This document shows, piece after piece, positions 28,557 to 37,850 of a DNA stretch of 64,000 bases; the stretch's first letter is position 1; each line of letters starts with the position of its first letter. The notes beneath the pieces are model-generated. The model worked only from the letters and a program-made list of their open reading frames with translations, was not told where the DNA came from and made no database searches. The stretch comes from an uncultured Gemmatimonadales bacterium (GTDB taxonomy: Bacteria > Gemmatimonadota > Gemmatimonadetes > Gemmatimonadales > GWC2-71-9), in contig CAWHFW010000005.1 in the NCBI GenBank assembly GCA_963828735.1, forward strand, positions 928,001 through 992,000. Direction: 5' to 3'. Position numbers and translations under genes: made by a program.

Positions 28557-28694
28557 GCCAGATAGATACGCGCCAGATCGAATTTCGTCACGCCCAGGTC
28601 CAGCAGCGCGACTCAGGCGCAGTGGATGATTAGGCCCGGCATGTCGGCGTGCACTTCATCACAAACGCACGAGACCCGTGCGTGACGCCCGGGG

Positions 28695-29894
28695 CTAGAA
28701 GGCGGGCAGCCCCGTGATCGCCTGCCCCACGATCAGCGAGTGCATGTCATGGGTGCCCTCGTACGTGTAGACCGACTCGAGGTTGGCCATGTGCCGCATG
28801 GAGTGGTACTCGACCAGGATGCCGTTGGCGCCGAGCAGGCGACGCGCCTCGCGGGCCGCATCGCAGGCCATGCTGACGTTGTTGCGCTTGCAGAGCGACA
28901 CGTGGTCCGGCGTCATCGTGCCCGCGTCCTTGAGCCGACCGAGCTGCAGGGTCATGAACTGTGCCTTGGTGATCTCGGTCAGCATGTCCACCAGGCGCAC
29001 CTGCTGGATCTGGGTCTGCGCGATGGGCTTGTCGAACATCACGCGGTGGCCGGCGTAGCGGAGCGCCTCGTCGTAGCACGCCATCGCCGCGCCGATCGCC
29101 CCCCAGGCGATGCCGTAGCGCGCCTGCGTGAGGCACATGAGCGGGCTCTTGAGCCCGCCGGACTTGGGCAGGATCGCGTCCTTCGGCAGGTGCACGTCCT
29201 GCAGGTGGATCTCGCTCGTGTCGCTCGCGCGAAGGGAGAGCTTCCCCTTCTGGTCCTTCGCCGCGTAGCCCTTCCTGTCGGTCGGCACGATGAAGCCGCG
29301 GATGGACTTGGGATCGTCCACCGCGCCCGTCTTGGCCCAGACGATCGAGACCGTGGCCTGCGAGCCATTGGTGATCCACATCTTGGTGCCGTTGAGCACC
29401 CAGCCGTCCTTCGTCTCCCGCGCCGTCGTGATCATGCCGCCCGGGTTCGAGCCGAAGTCGGGCTCGGTCAGACCGAAGCAGCCGATCTCCTGCCCGGTGG
29501 CCAGGAGCGGAAGCCAGTGCTTCTTCTGCTCCTCGGAGCCGAAGGCGTAGATCGGGTACATCACCAGCGCGCCCTGCACCGACGCGAACGAGCGGATGCC
29601 GGAGTCGCCCCGCTCCAGCTCCTGCATGATCAGCCCGTACGCGACGTTGTTGAGCCCCGCGCAGCCGTATTCCTCCGGCAGGTTGGCGCCGAACAGCCCC
29701 AGCTCCGCCATCCCCGGGATCAGCTGCTTGGGAAACCGGCCCTCGATGTAGGCCTCACCGATGACCGGAATCAGGTTTTCGTCGACCCAGGTCCGGACCG
29801 TGTCACGGACGGCGCGCTCTTCCTCCGACAGGAGGGTGTCGAGGTTGAGGAAATCCACGCCGGTGAATTGGGATGCTGCAGCTGCGGTGGCCAT
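28695..29894 (-). CDS. gcdH: Acyl-CoA dehydrogenase, glutaryl-CoA dehydrogenase type
   Basis: ELERGDSG.RS..SVQ..LVMYPI, GCFGLTEPDFGS, KLSLRAS.T, NLESVYTYEGTHD. Confidence 0.88.
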   Translation of the reverse strand: MATAAAASQFTGVDFLNLDTLLSEEERAVRDTVRTWVDENLIPVIGEAYIEGRFPKQLIPGMAELGLFGANLPEEYGCAGLNNVAYGLIMQELERGDSGIRSFASVQGALVMYPIYAFGSEEQKKHWLPLLATGQEIGCFGLTEPDFGSNPGGMITTARETKDGWVLNGTKMWITNGSQATVSIVWAKTGAVDDPKSIRGFIVPTDRKGYAAKDQKGKLSLRASDTSEIHLQDVHLPKDAILPKSGGLKSPLMCLTQARYGIAWGAIGAAMACYDEALRYAGHRVMFDKPIAQTQIQQVRLVDMLTEITKAQFMTLQLGRLKDAGTMTPDHVSLCKRNNVSMACDAAREARRLLGANGILVEYHSMRHMANLESVYTYEGTHDMHSLIVGQAITGLPAF

Positions 29895-29960
29895 GTCGTC
29901 GCCTCGTGCGGGGTCTCGGAATGGCGGGTAAGATAGCCGGGACCCCTGCCCGGCGCAGCC

Positions 29961-31118
29961 TTAGACGGCTACCACTGGTCGCTCGCTTGCGCGGACGGCG
30001 CGGTCCATGACGGCGAGGTAGGCGGCCGCGATGCGGTCCGCGTGGTCGATGGGCGTGGCACCGGCCGCCAACCCCATCATTCGCAGATTGTTACGCGAAG
30101 GGCACTCACGCTGCAGAAACCGGATCCATGCGAGGACGTCGTGCTGGACCAGAAAGCCGGTGACCAGGTGCCGCACGGCGACCGGCGGACGGTCTTCCAC
30201 GGCAGGAACCGCGACGGGTCGCGCCGAGCTCAAGCATTCCGAGACCGTGAAGGCCGGGTCTCCAGCCTCGAAGGAGACGCACAGGTCGGCAGCCGCAATG
30301 TGCGCCGCCAGCGCCTCGTCCGTCGTGGGGGCGTGGAAAGTGACGAGAGCGCCCGGACCGGCAATACGCTCGAGCGTCTTTCGGCGCTCTCCGTGGCCCA
30401 ACACATGGAGTCGAAGCGACGGATCGCCGACGCGCTGAACGGCTTCGATGAGAGGCGCCAGATCGGTGCCTCGCTCGAGTCCGTCGGCGGCCAGCACGAT
30501 GCGGTGGGTTGGATCCAGTCCAAGCCGTCGGCGCGCTTCGGTCTGGTCCTTCGGCGCGAACGTCGTACGATCGATCGCGGGCCCGATGACCGTGATGCGG
30601 TCCGGACTCACGCGCCACCGTTCGACGATGGCGTCGCGGATCACCACGCTGCCGGCCACGATGTCGGAGGTCTGACGCAGGTACCGTCCGGAGGCACGGA
30701 AGCCGAGCCATGTATTGCCGACGTCCAGGGAGCCAAGCCACGAGGCCGTGGGGAACCGGTCCAATACGGAGATCGCCGGGACGCCGCGCTGGGCGCACCG
30801 GGCGGCCAGCTTGCCCGACATCGGCCAGCTCCCCTCGAGCACCATTTCGAACGAGCTGGCGCGGCGTTGGACGAAAACGCCGAGGGCACGGCGGGAAGGC
30901 ACAAGGTCGGACGCCGGTGCCCGGTCGCTTTCCAGCGCGGCCACAGCTACCCCAGGTACCTCGACCTCATCGATCAGACGCCGGAAAACGACGGCGACCT
31001 CGGCATCCCTGGCGAGGGCACGTGCGAGGGTAAGTACTTGCCGTGAATGGCCGGAGCCCCGGCGGTAGCTCGCGCCCGGGGCCACATAGCAGATGGAAAG
31101 CCGCCTTGTCCGAAGCAT
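29961..31118 (-). CDS. GT-B / GT4-like glycosyltransferase, degenerate
   Basis: LSICYVA, RITVI..AID...FAP.D..EARRRLGL, LHVLGHGE, IAAADLCV, VTGFLV; the usual E-x7-E motif is poorly conserved. Confidence 0.75.
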   Translation of the reverse strand: MLRTRRLSICYVAPGASYRRGSGHSRQVLTLARALARDAEVAVVFRRLIDEVEVPGVAVAALESDRAPASDLVPSRRALGVFVQRRASSFEMVLEGSWPMSGKLAARCAQRGVPAISVLDRFPTASWLGSLDVGNTWLGFRASGRYLRQTSDIVAGSVVIRDAIVERWRVSPDRITVIGPAIDRTTFAPKDQTEARRRLGLDPTHRIVLAADGLERGTDLAPLIEAVQRVGDPSLRLHVLGHGERRKTLERIAGPGALVTFHAPTTDEALAAHIAAADLCVSFEAGDPAFTVSECLSSARPVAVPAVEDRPPVAVRHLVTGFLVQHDVLAWIRFLQRECPSRNNLRMMGLAAGATPIDHADRIAAAYLAVMDRAVRASERPVVAV

Positions 31119-31173
31119 GCGGAAGGGAACCTGGTGGCTCGGTTGCAGTTGGGAACGGAACGCCCTGCAAGGT

Positions 31174-31190
31174 CGCAAGTCTGGTACCAG
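31174..31190 (-). promoter_or_regulatory. Putative sigma54 (-24/-12) promoter
   Basis: Minus strand CTGGTACCAGACTTGCG, exact GG-N10-GC spacing, about 55 nt upstream of ATG 31118. Confidence 0.6.
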
Positions 31191-31606
31191 CTTCGGGGCG
31201 GGCGCAAGTCGACCAGACGCCGGAGGATCGGAGCAGATGGCCGAGTAGTTGCGAAATCCCGTCTTGGGCTGAAGCTTTATCCTAACCCGGCTAAACATTT
31301 CCTTGCAGTCGCTCACCTTGGCGGACCTGCGTACCGTGGCCGACGGAAGGCGCAGGGCACGACGTGTGCACGAGGGGGGCGAGGATTTGGCTGCGCGATA
31401 GGTTGGTTCGGCCACTCTAATTGTTTCCCGATTTACAGATGGAATCGGCTAGACACGGCAGTTGACAGGCCGGCGGGCGGGGTTCAGGGGTCAGAACCGC
31501 CTCGGCTCGACCACATGCTGTGTCTGTCGCGCAACAGATTTCCCGGGCGCGGCCCGGGCGAACGGCGGCGGGAAACTCGCCTCCCACGATGCGCGGAGAG
31601 GTTCGG

Positions 31607-32866
31607 ATGCGGATTCTGATGACCTCGTACGAGTTTCCGCCGATCGGCGGTGGTGGGGCGGCCGTCGTGGCCGGCCTCTCCCGGGAGTTGGCCGCGAGCG
31701 GTCACGAGATCGACCTGGTGACGATGAGCTTCCAGGGTCACCCGCGAGAAGAGGTCGTTGATGGCGTGCACCTGTATCGCGTACCGTGTCTCCGCAAAGC
31801 CAAGCACAGCTGCACCACCCCCGAAGCCTTCTCCTATCTCGCGGGGGCGATGCCGACCATCCACCGCCTGATAACCAAGAACCATTACGACGTGGCCCAC
31901 GCGCACTTCATCCTGCCGGACGGTCTCCTGGCCTGGCAGGCGAAGCGCTACTCGGGCTTGCCCTACGTCATTACGGCGCACGGCACCGACGTGCCGGGAT
32001 ACAACCCGCACCGTCTCCGTACGACGCATCAGGTGGTGCGCCCGCTTTGGAAAGCGATCGTCGAGGGCGCCAGCCGCATCATCTGTCCCAGTGAGATCCT
32101 GGAGGGCCTGGTGCTCGACCAGCGCCCGGTTCCACACAAGACGACGGTCATCCCGAACGGCCTGCAGGTCGGCCCGTATACCCCGCGCGCGCTGAGCCCG
32201 CGGGTGCTGATGGTCACACGCATGCTCGAGCGAAAGGGAGTACAGTACGTCCTTGAGGCCGTGGCCGAGTCGCCGATCGGCGCCGAGGTGAACATCGTCG
32301 GTGACGGGCCGTATCTTCCCGAGCTCCGTCGCCGCGCCGAGGCACTGCGCTCGCCGGTCAACTTCTGGGGCTGGGTGGACAATCGGTCGCCCGAGCTGCG
32401 CAACATCTACGAGTCGTCCGGGATCTTCGTCCTTCCCTCCGAGGCGGAGAACTTCCCGATCGTGCTCCTCGAAGCGATGGCCGCCGGGCTGGCGATCATC
32501 ACGACCGAGGGCACGGGCTGCGCCGAGGTCGTCGGCGACGCGGGCATACTCGTCCCGGTGCGCGACTCGCGCGCGATCGCCAGCGCCCTCAAGCGCCTCG
32601 TGAACGACCCGCAGCTGCGCCAGAGCCTCGGCGCGGCTGCCCGCCGGAGAATCGAGGACAACTTCACCTGGGGCGCGGTAGCCCGCCGCTACGTGGAGGA
32701 GTATCAGCGGCACGCGGCGCGCGAGGTGGCACATCCGGTGGCGCCGCTGGGAGCCGGCACCGGGCCGTCGCGACACTCCCCCCAGGAGCTGGTCGCGGTG
32801 TCGGGGGAGCAATCACGAGCCGCCGCGGGCGGCATGCGCTCGGAGCCTCCGAGGAGAGCGTCCTAG
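31607..32866 (+). CDS. Glycosyltransferase family 4
   Basis: MRILM..EFPPIGGG, HAHF, TAHGTD, RKG, ENFPIVLLEAMAAG. Confidence 0.93.
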   Translation: MRILMTSYEFPPIGGGGAAVVAGLSRELAASGHEIDLVTMSFQGHPREEVVDGVHLYRVPCLRKAKHSCTTPEAFSYLAGAMPTIHRLITKNHYDVAHAHFILPDGLLAWQAKRYSGLPYVITAHGTDVPGYNPHRLRTTHQVVRPLWKAIVEGASRIICPSEILEGLVLDQRPVPHKTTVIPNGLQVGPYTPRALSPRVLMVTRMLERKGVQYVLEAVAESPIGAEVNIVGDGPYLPELRRRAEALRSPVNFWGWVDNRSPELRNIYESSGIFVLPSEAENFPIVLLEAMAAGLAIITTEGTGCAEVVGDAGILVPVRDSRAIASALKRLVNDPQLRQSLGAAARRRIEDNFTWGAVARRYVEEYQRHAAREVAHPVAPLGAGTGPSRHSPQELVAVSGEQSRAAAGGMRSEPPRRAS

Positions 32867-32907
32867 GTCCGACGGCGCCCGCGAGCCCAGCCTCGCCCGG
32901 TGACTGC

Positions 32908-32940
32908 GAGGGGGGCATGCCCACAAGGCATGCCCCCTTC
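32908..32940. repeat. Palindromic hairpin (REP-like / bidirectional terminator), copy 1
   Basis: GAGGGGGGCATGCC-CACAA-GGCATGCCCCCTTC between convergent genes. Confidence 0.7.
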
Positions 32941-32986
32941 GCCGCTTACATGACCCGAAGTCTCGCGCCTCGGGGCGGTGCGGGAC

Positions 32987-33400
32987 CTAGACGGGATCGA
33001 GGAACCGCTCCCGCACCTCTGGCGCCGGGAGCAAGCAGCTCGGCGCGTCGCTCAGTCGGTGCCGGTGCCGGGCCACCAGGTCGTATGCGGCGTCGCGCAC
33101 GGGCCGAGGCAGGACCGCCATGACCCGCGCCAGGTGGAACCACCCTCCCAGGTACGCCGCCACTCGAAGCGCCGCATCCGAGCGCGTGAAGACCCGTTCC
33201 GCGCGTGCGCCGTCCGCCGGGTCCACCCACACGACGGAGTCCACCTCGGCCAGCTCGGGATGGCGCGCGCGGGTCTCGGCCCCGAACCTTCCCTGCAGCG
33301 CCGCGAACCTGAGCGTGCGACGACGGTCGTGTCGCAACACGAGCTGGACGCTCTCGGCGCAGAAGCCGCAGGTGCCGTCGTACAGCAGGATCGGAGACAC
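32987..33400 (-). CDS. DCC1-like thiol-disulfide oxidoreductase (DUF393)
   Basis: YDGTCGFC, LRFAALQ, RSDAAL, RDAAYDLVARHR. Confidence 0.92.
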   Translation of the reverse strand: MSPILLYDGTCGFCAESVQLVLRHDRRRTLRFAALQGRFGAETRARHPELAEVDSVVWVDPADGARAERVFTRSDAALRVAAYLGGWFHLARVMAVLPRPVRDAAYDLVARHRHRLSDAPSCLLPAPEVRERFLDPV

Positions 33401-33402
33401 GG

Positions 33403-34251
33403 CTAGCTCTTGAAGGTGTCGCAGTCCTCGGGACGTCCTGACTCGAACCCCCGTCGGAACCAGCTGGCCCGCTGCTCGGACGAACCGTGCGTGAAGCCCT
33501 CGGGTGACACGCCCTGGCCCGACATCTTCTGGATCCGGTCGTCGCCGACCGCTGCGGCGGCCTGAAGGCCTTCGTCGACGTCGCCGGGGTCGAGGATGTC
33601 ACGCTGTTGCGTCTCGTGGCCCCATACCCCCGCGTAGCAATCCGCCTGGAGCTCGAGGCGCACGGAGAGCTGGTTCGCCGCTTCCGGGTTCCGCTGCTGC
33701 GCCTCGCGCACCTGGGCCTCGGTACCGAGGAGGCGCTGCACGTGGTGGCCGAGCTCGTGGGCGAGCACGTACGCCTGGGCGAAGTCACCGGGCGCACCGA
33801 AGCGCTGCTTCAGCTCGTCGTAGAAGCCGAGATCGATGTAGACGCGCTCATCGCCCGGACAGTAGAAGGGGCCGGTCGCCGCCTGGGCAAAGCCGCAGGC
33901 CGACTGGATCGCATCCCGGAAGAGCACCAGCTTGGCATGCTCGTACGTGTGGCCTCTGGCCTGAAAGAGTCCGGCCCAGGTGGCCTGGGCATCATCGAGC
34001 ACGAACGAGACGAACTGCACCTCCTTCTCCTCCTCCGGGCTGCTCGTCACGGGGCCTGCCGCGCTCGGCTCGCCCGCCGCCCCACCGTCCGCGCCCAGCA
34101 AGGCGAAGAAGTTCTGCTTGAAGATCAGACTGAGCACGAGCAGGACGGCCGCGCCTCCCAGCCCAATGCGCATGCCCCCGCCGCCAAACCCACCACTGCT
34201 CCCCCGGCGGTCCTCCAGATCGCTGCTGCGCCCACCCGGTGTCCACCGCAT
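33403..34251 (-). CDS. YpfJ-like neutral zinc metallopeptidase
   Basis: EDRRG, SACG..TGPFYCPGD, AHELGHHVQ, ELQADC, FTHGSSEQR; GGAGG SD. Confidence 0.93.
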   Translation of the reverse strand: MRWTPGGRSSDLEDRRGSSGGFGGGGMRIGLGGAAVLLVLSLIFKQNFFALLGADGGAAGEPSAAGPVTSSPEEEKEVQFVSFVLDDAQATWAGLFQARGHTYEHAKLVLFRDAIQSACGFAQAATGPFYCPGDERVYIDLGFYDELKQRFGAPGDFAQAYVLAHELGHHVQRLLGTEAQVREAQQRNPEAANQLSVRLELQADCYAGVWGHETQQRDILDPGDVDEGLQAAAAVGDDRIQKMSGQGVSPEGFTHGSSEQRASWFRRGFESGRPEDCDTFKS

Positions 34252-34401
34252 GAGGCCTCCCTCGTGTGAATTCGGAAGATAGCGCCCGGCGTTAGGGCCG
34301 GATGTGGGGAGGAACACGCACGGGAGAGCGGTCGGAGGGTCGAGAGTTGGTGGGTTGGTGGGGCAGAATCCCCCGCTTCGTTCGGTGGGGCCGCGATCTC
34401 A

Positions 34402-35097
34402 CTACGTTCGCCCCTCCGCCCGTCCGTCCCATCGCCCGAGCGACGGACCGTCCGTTCGCCCCACTTGCCGTCGCGCCTGCGGCTCGATCCCGACCTCGCG
34501 GGCTTTTCGCCGGAAGCCGCGGCCGTGGTCCACGGGCAGCCCCGTCTCCGCCTGCCACTGATGCACCATCTCGTGCAGCACCGTGTGCTCCACCTCCGAC
34601 CACGGATGACGAACGATGTGGCGGCGGCTGATGGCGATCTCGGTCGGAAGGCCGGTACGGAGATCCACCGCGAGCTCCCCGAGGCGCGTGCGCATCCGCC
34701 CCGACAACCGGATCGGGATGGCGCCCAGCTGACCGCCGAAGTACTCGACATTGAGTCGCTCGTGCACCGACGCGAGACGTTGCAACAGCGCGAGGTCGCC
34801 GGGTCGTGGGCGCTCCCGTTGCCGCTCGACCCGCGACGCCGGCGCAGCGTACAGCTCGACCGGGAAGCCGAGGAACTCGCGCTCGGCGAGTCGGCGCATC
34901 GCGCGGGGAAGCCGTGGATTCAGGAAACGGACGATCGCCCGGAGGACGCGGTCGGGCGCGCTGGCATAGCCTTGATGCAGGCGGAGTTCCCGCCGGGTGG
35001 TCAGGGAGACCATCACGGTACGGTTGGTGTGGGTGCGGATGCCGGCGACGTCGCGAAGGCCCAGAAGCTTCAGGCGGTGGGCGAGCAGATCGTTCAC
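34402..35097 (-). CDS. SprT-like zinc-dependent metalloprotease
   Basis: LN..YF.G.L, RMRTRLG, TVLHEMVHQW, DHG..FR. Confidence 0.85.
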   Translation of the reverse strand: MNDLLAHRLKLLGLRDVAGIRTHTNRTVMVSLTTRRELRLHQGYASAPDRVLRAIVRFLNPRLPRAMRRLAEREFLGFPVELYAAPASRVERQRERPRPGDLALLQRLASVHERLNVEYFGGQLGAIPIRLSGRMRTRLGELAVDLRTGLPTEIAISRRHIVRHPWSEVEHTVLHEMVHQWQAETGLPVDHGRGFRRKAREVGIEPQARRQVGRTDGPSLGRWDGRAEGRT

Positions 35098-35098
35098 C

Positions 35099-35971
35099 TC
35101 ACAGCCCCTGATCTCCTCCCGCCACGGACACCGCGACGCGCGGCGATCCCTGACGGGCGAACGAGTAGACGTCGGACGCGAGAAACCGTTGGGCGCCGGC
35201 CTCCCAGCGATAGTGACGGATGTGCACGGCGCGGACGTCTACCTTGACCAGGTTGAACACCGACGGCCGGCCGCCACGGGTCCGGAAGCTGTGCGTGCCG
35301 GAGGTGCTCACGGTGAGGGCGCCATCGATCTGGCCGGCGCCCTCGTGGTGATCATGGCCGCAGAGCACCACGTCGGCGCCGCTCGCCATCAGCCGCCGAT
35401 ACGCGGAGCGCCAGTTGGCGAGCCCCATCCGACGGGAATGCGCGCCGCGAAGGATGTTGTGATGAAAGGTGAGGATCCGTACCGCGTCGGCCGGCGCTTG
35501 CGCGAAGATGCCGCCGACGCGCGTGGTCTCGGAGGCCGGAAGATGGCCCTTCACGGCCACGTCGTTCAGGTTCCAGGTGAGCGATCCGAACGCCACCCCG
35601 TAGCTGCTGAGCGCGCCGGCGATGATCGCCCCGGGGATCTCGAGCACCGGCGTGAGCTCGCCGAAGTACCGCGCGTACTTCGCATACTTCCGCTCCTGGC
35701 CCGCCAGGCCGAGCGGGCTCCGCCACCACTCGATGTCGTGATTCCCTGGGATGACGAGCACGGGCGCGTGTTGCCGCAGCCGCTGCAGGAAGGCGTGTGC
35801 CGCCTGAAACTCCCCGTGCCGGGCGCGCTGGCTCACGTCGCCGGACACCACGGTGGCCGCCGCCCCAAGTGTCGGCAGGAAGGCCTCGAGCGCCTCGATC
35901 TGCGCGAGGTCGGCATAGCCGCCGAAATGAAGATCGGAAAGATGGGCGATGCTGATCGAGGGGTCGCTCAT
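35099..35971 (-). CDS. Metallophosphoesterase (CpdA-like)
   Basis: SDLHFG, SGD, PGNHD, HH, CGHDH. Confidence 0.9.
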   Translation of the reverse strand: MSDPSISIAHLSDLHFGGYADLAQIEALEAFLPTLGAAATVVSGDVSQRARHGEFQAAHAFLQRLRQHAPVLVIPGNHDIEWWRSPLGLAGQERKYAKYARYFGELTPVLEIPGAIIAGALSSYGVAFGSLTWNLNDVAVKGHLPASETTRVGGIFAQAPADAVRILTFHHNILRGAHSRRMGLANWRSAYRRLMASGADVVLCGHDHHEGAGQIDGALTVSTSGTHSFRTRGGRPSVFNLVKVDVRAVHIRHYRWEAGAQRFLASDVYSFARQGSPRVAVSVAGGDQGL

Positions 35972-36158
35972 GCGGAAAAGCTAAATGATACGGGTAAGCG
36001 CGCGAAGGGCGTGCCGTCCCGTGGTCCCGCGGCCTATGGCAGCATCCGGGGTCGTGAGCGCGTGGCATGACCCAACGGTCCGTGTAGCACGCCAGCCACA
36101 AGACAGGCATCGGCTCCCCGACCGGGGCCTCCAGGCAGGCCCGTGGCCCTAGGTGTCA

Positions 36159-36175
36159 CTGGCCTACCGCTTGCT
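36159..36175 (+). promoter_or_regulatory. Putative sigma54 (-24/-12) promoter
   Basis: CTGGCCTACCGCTTGCT, exact GG-N10-GC spacing with TTGCT. Confidence 0.62.
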
Positions 36176-36279
36176 TTACCCCCAAGTTCTCTCACCCGAT
36201 CACAACCCAGGTCCAGGCAAGGCGTGGCGACGCCCCATGCGTCCCAGCGATGCCCGGCTCAGCGCAGCATGGAGGCGGC

Positions 36280-36405
36280 ATGGCGACCAGCAGTACCTGT
36301 GTGCGCTTGCGCGAGAGAGCCGAGGCTTCTGCGACGGATCCGGCACAGTCGCCCGTTCTGATCGTCACGCGCGGTGCGCGCGTCGGCGTCGAGGCAGGCG
36401 CATGA
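36280..36405 (+). CDS. Small 41-aa ORF, candidate precursor or leader peptide
   Basis: GGAGG at 36271-36275, ATG 36280, MATSSTCVRLRERAEASATDPAQSPVLIVTRGARVGVEAGA*; its stop overlaps the next ATG (ATGA); alternative ATG at 36250. Confidence 0.4.
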   Translation: MATSSTCVRLRERAEASATDPAQSPVLIVTRGARVGVEAGA

Positions 36406-37775
36406 CCGGAATCCTCGACGCGCCGTCCGTGGCCATCGGCACCGCTACGCCAACGCTCGTCGCAAGCCTGGCGAGCCTCGACGCCCCGATTGTCTACGTT
36501 CGCAACGCGCCGTTCCCTGGCGCACTCGTCACCCTGCCGCTCCGCTCGGCGGAGCGGGCCCTGACGCTCGCCGGACCGCGGGACGTAGTCTGCCTGCCGA
36601 TCGAGCCGGATCCGCTCTTCGTCGCGCTTTTGGCCGAGCTGGGACTCGGGCCCGACCGGTCGCGCATCGTCGTTCCGCGAGGCGAGCCGACCGCGCTCAT
36701 CGGCCCCCGTTTTCTGGCCGATCGGGAGGCCGTCGAACGGATCGCCGCGCTGCTCCCGGCGACCGGCACAGTCTGGCTCGCACCGGGGGGACTCTCGCAT
36801 CCCGATGATGCGCGTCTGGCGGCCGCCATCGCAGCCGCGCGGGGGGCCCCGGTCCGCATTCTCGGCGGCGACCCTGGGTTGGTCGCGCGCATCGACCACA
36901 AGCCCGTCGTTCGAGAGGCGGCCATCGCGCTCGGCATCCCGGTAGCGGAAGGCACCGTGGTCACGCTGTCGCTCGACGCCGATGGTCGGCCCATCGACCT
37001 CGCGCCGTTGCATCAGGCTATCCGCGCAGTGGCAGGCGAAGGCAGGGCCATCGTCCGCGGCGCCCACGGCTCCAGCGGAGATGCGGTCTTCACGGCCGGC
37101 CCGGAGGGCCTCACGGGCGACACGCTGCACGCGTTCGAGTCGAGCCGGCCCCAGTCCGTGTACCTGGTCGAGCAACTCCTGACCATCCGGACCTCGCCGA
37201 ACGTCCAGATGTTCATCGATCCGGCCGGGGCGGCAGTCTGTGTGGGCGTCGCGGACCAGCTCCTCACGGCGGGTCTCGCCCATCATGGCAACGCCTACCC
37301 GAGCGAGGCGCGAACGGCGGCGGCCATGGTGGCCGCTTCGATGCGGATGGCCGAATGGCTGTCGCAGCAAGGGTATCGCGGCGTGTTCGGACTCGACTTC
37401 GTCGAATACGAGGACGACTATGCGCGCCCACGCTGGATCCTCGCCGAGATCAACCCGCGCTTCAACGGGTCCACCCAGCCGGCGGCGATGTTGGAGCGGC
37501 TCAACCGCCTACGGGGCGCCGCCGGTCAGACGCCGATCGCTGCCTTCGCGGGCGGTGTGCTGCCGACGCGCGCGCGCACGGTTCGCGAGCTGCTGCAGCG
37601 CCTCGGGTCCCGGCGCTACGACCGCGCCTCGGGGTCGGGCGTCGTGCCGTTCCATACGGCGGGTCTATCCGACGGCGTGTACGGTCTCACGGTCTTCGCT
37701 CCATCCCGCGCGGATGCGATCAAGGCATTCAAGGAGCTCGAGGCCGAAGAGACCGCGGCTGCCAATGGCGGCTGA
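36402..37775 (+). CDS. ATP-grasp amide ligase, PGM1-like (pre-ATP-grasp + ATP-grasp)
   Basis: ERAL.LAGPRDVVCLP, DHK..R..A..LGIPV.EG, GSSG, YLVEQ..SPNVQ, HHGN.YP, GYRG.FGLDF, EINPRFNGST. Confidence 0.75.
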   Translation: MTGILDAPSVAIGTATPTLVASLASLDAPIVYVRNAPFPGALVTLPLRSAERALTLAGPRDVVCLPIEPDPLFVALLAELGLGPDRSRIVVPRGEPTALIGPRFLADREAVERIAALLPATGTVWLAPGGLSHPDDARLAAAIAAARGAPVRILGGDPGLVARIDHKPVVREAAIALGIPVAEGTVVTLSLDADGRPIDLAPLHQAIRAVAGEGRAIVRGAHGSSGDAVFTAGPEGLTGDTLHAFESSRPQSVYLVEQLLTIRTSPNVQMFIDPAGAAVCVGVADQLLTAGLAHHGNAYPSEARTAAAMVAASMRMAEWLSQQGYRGVFGLDFVEYEDDYARPRWILAEINPRFNGSTQPAAMLERLNRLRGAAGQTPIAAFAGGVLPTRARTVRELLQRLGSRRYDRASGSGVVPFHTAGLSDGVYGLTVFAPSRADAIKAFKELEAEETAAANGG

Positions 37776-37850
37776 CCCGCAGGGCTCGTCGCCCGCTGGC
37801 CTGGGACAAGATGCCTGAACTCCGCCGCGGAGTCTGCCTCGCGCGTTGCG

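Noticed and set aside
34400..34460. CCGTCCG-type short repeats at the end of the SprT-like gene (also near 56205-56230)
   Set aside because: Short, irregular, low-complexity; not an array
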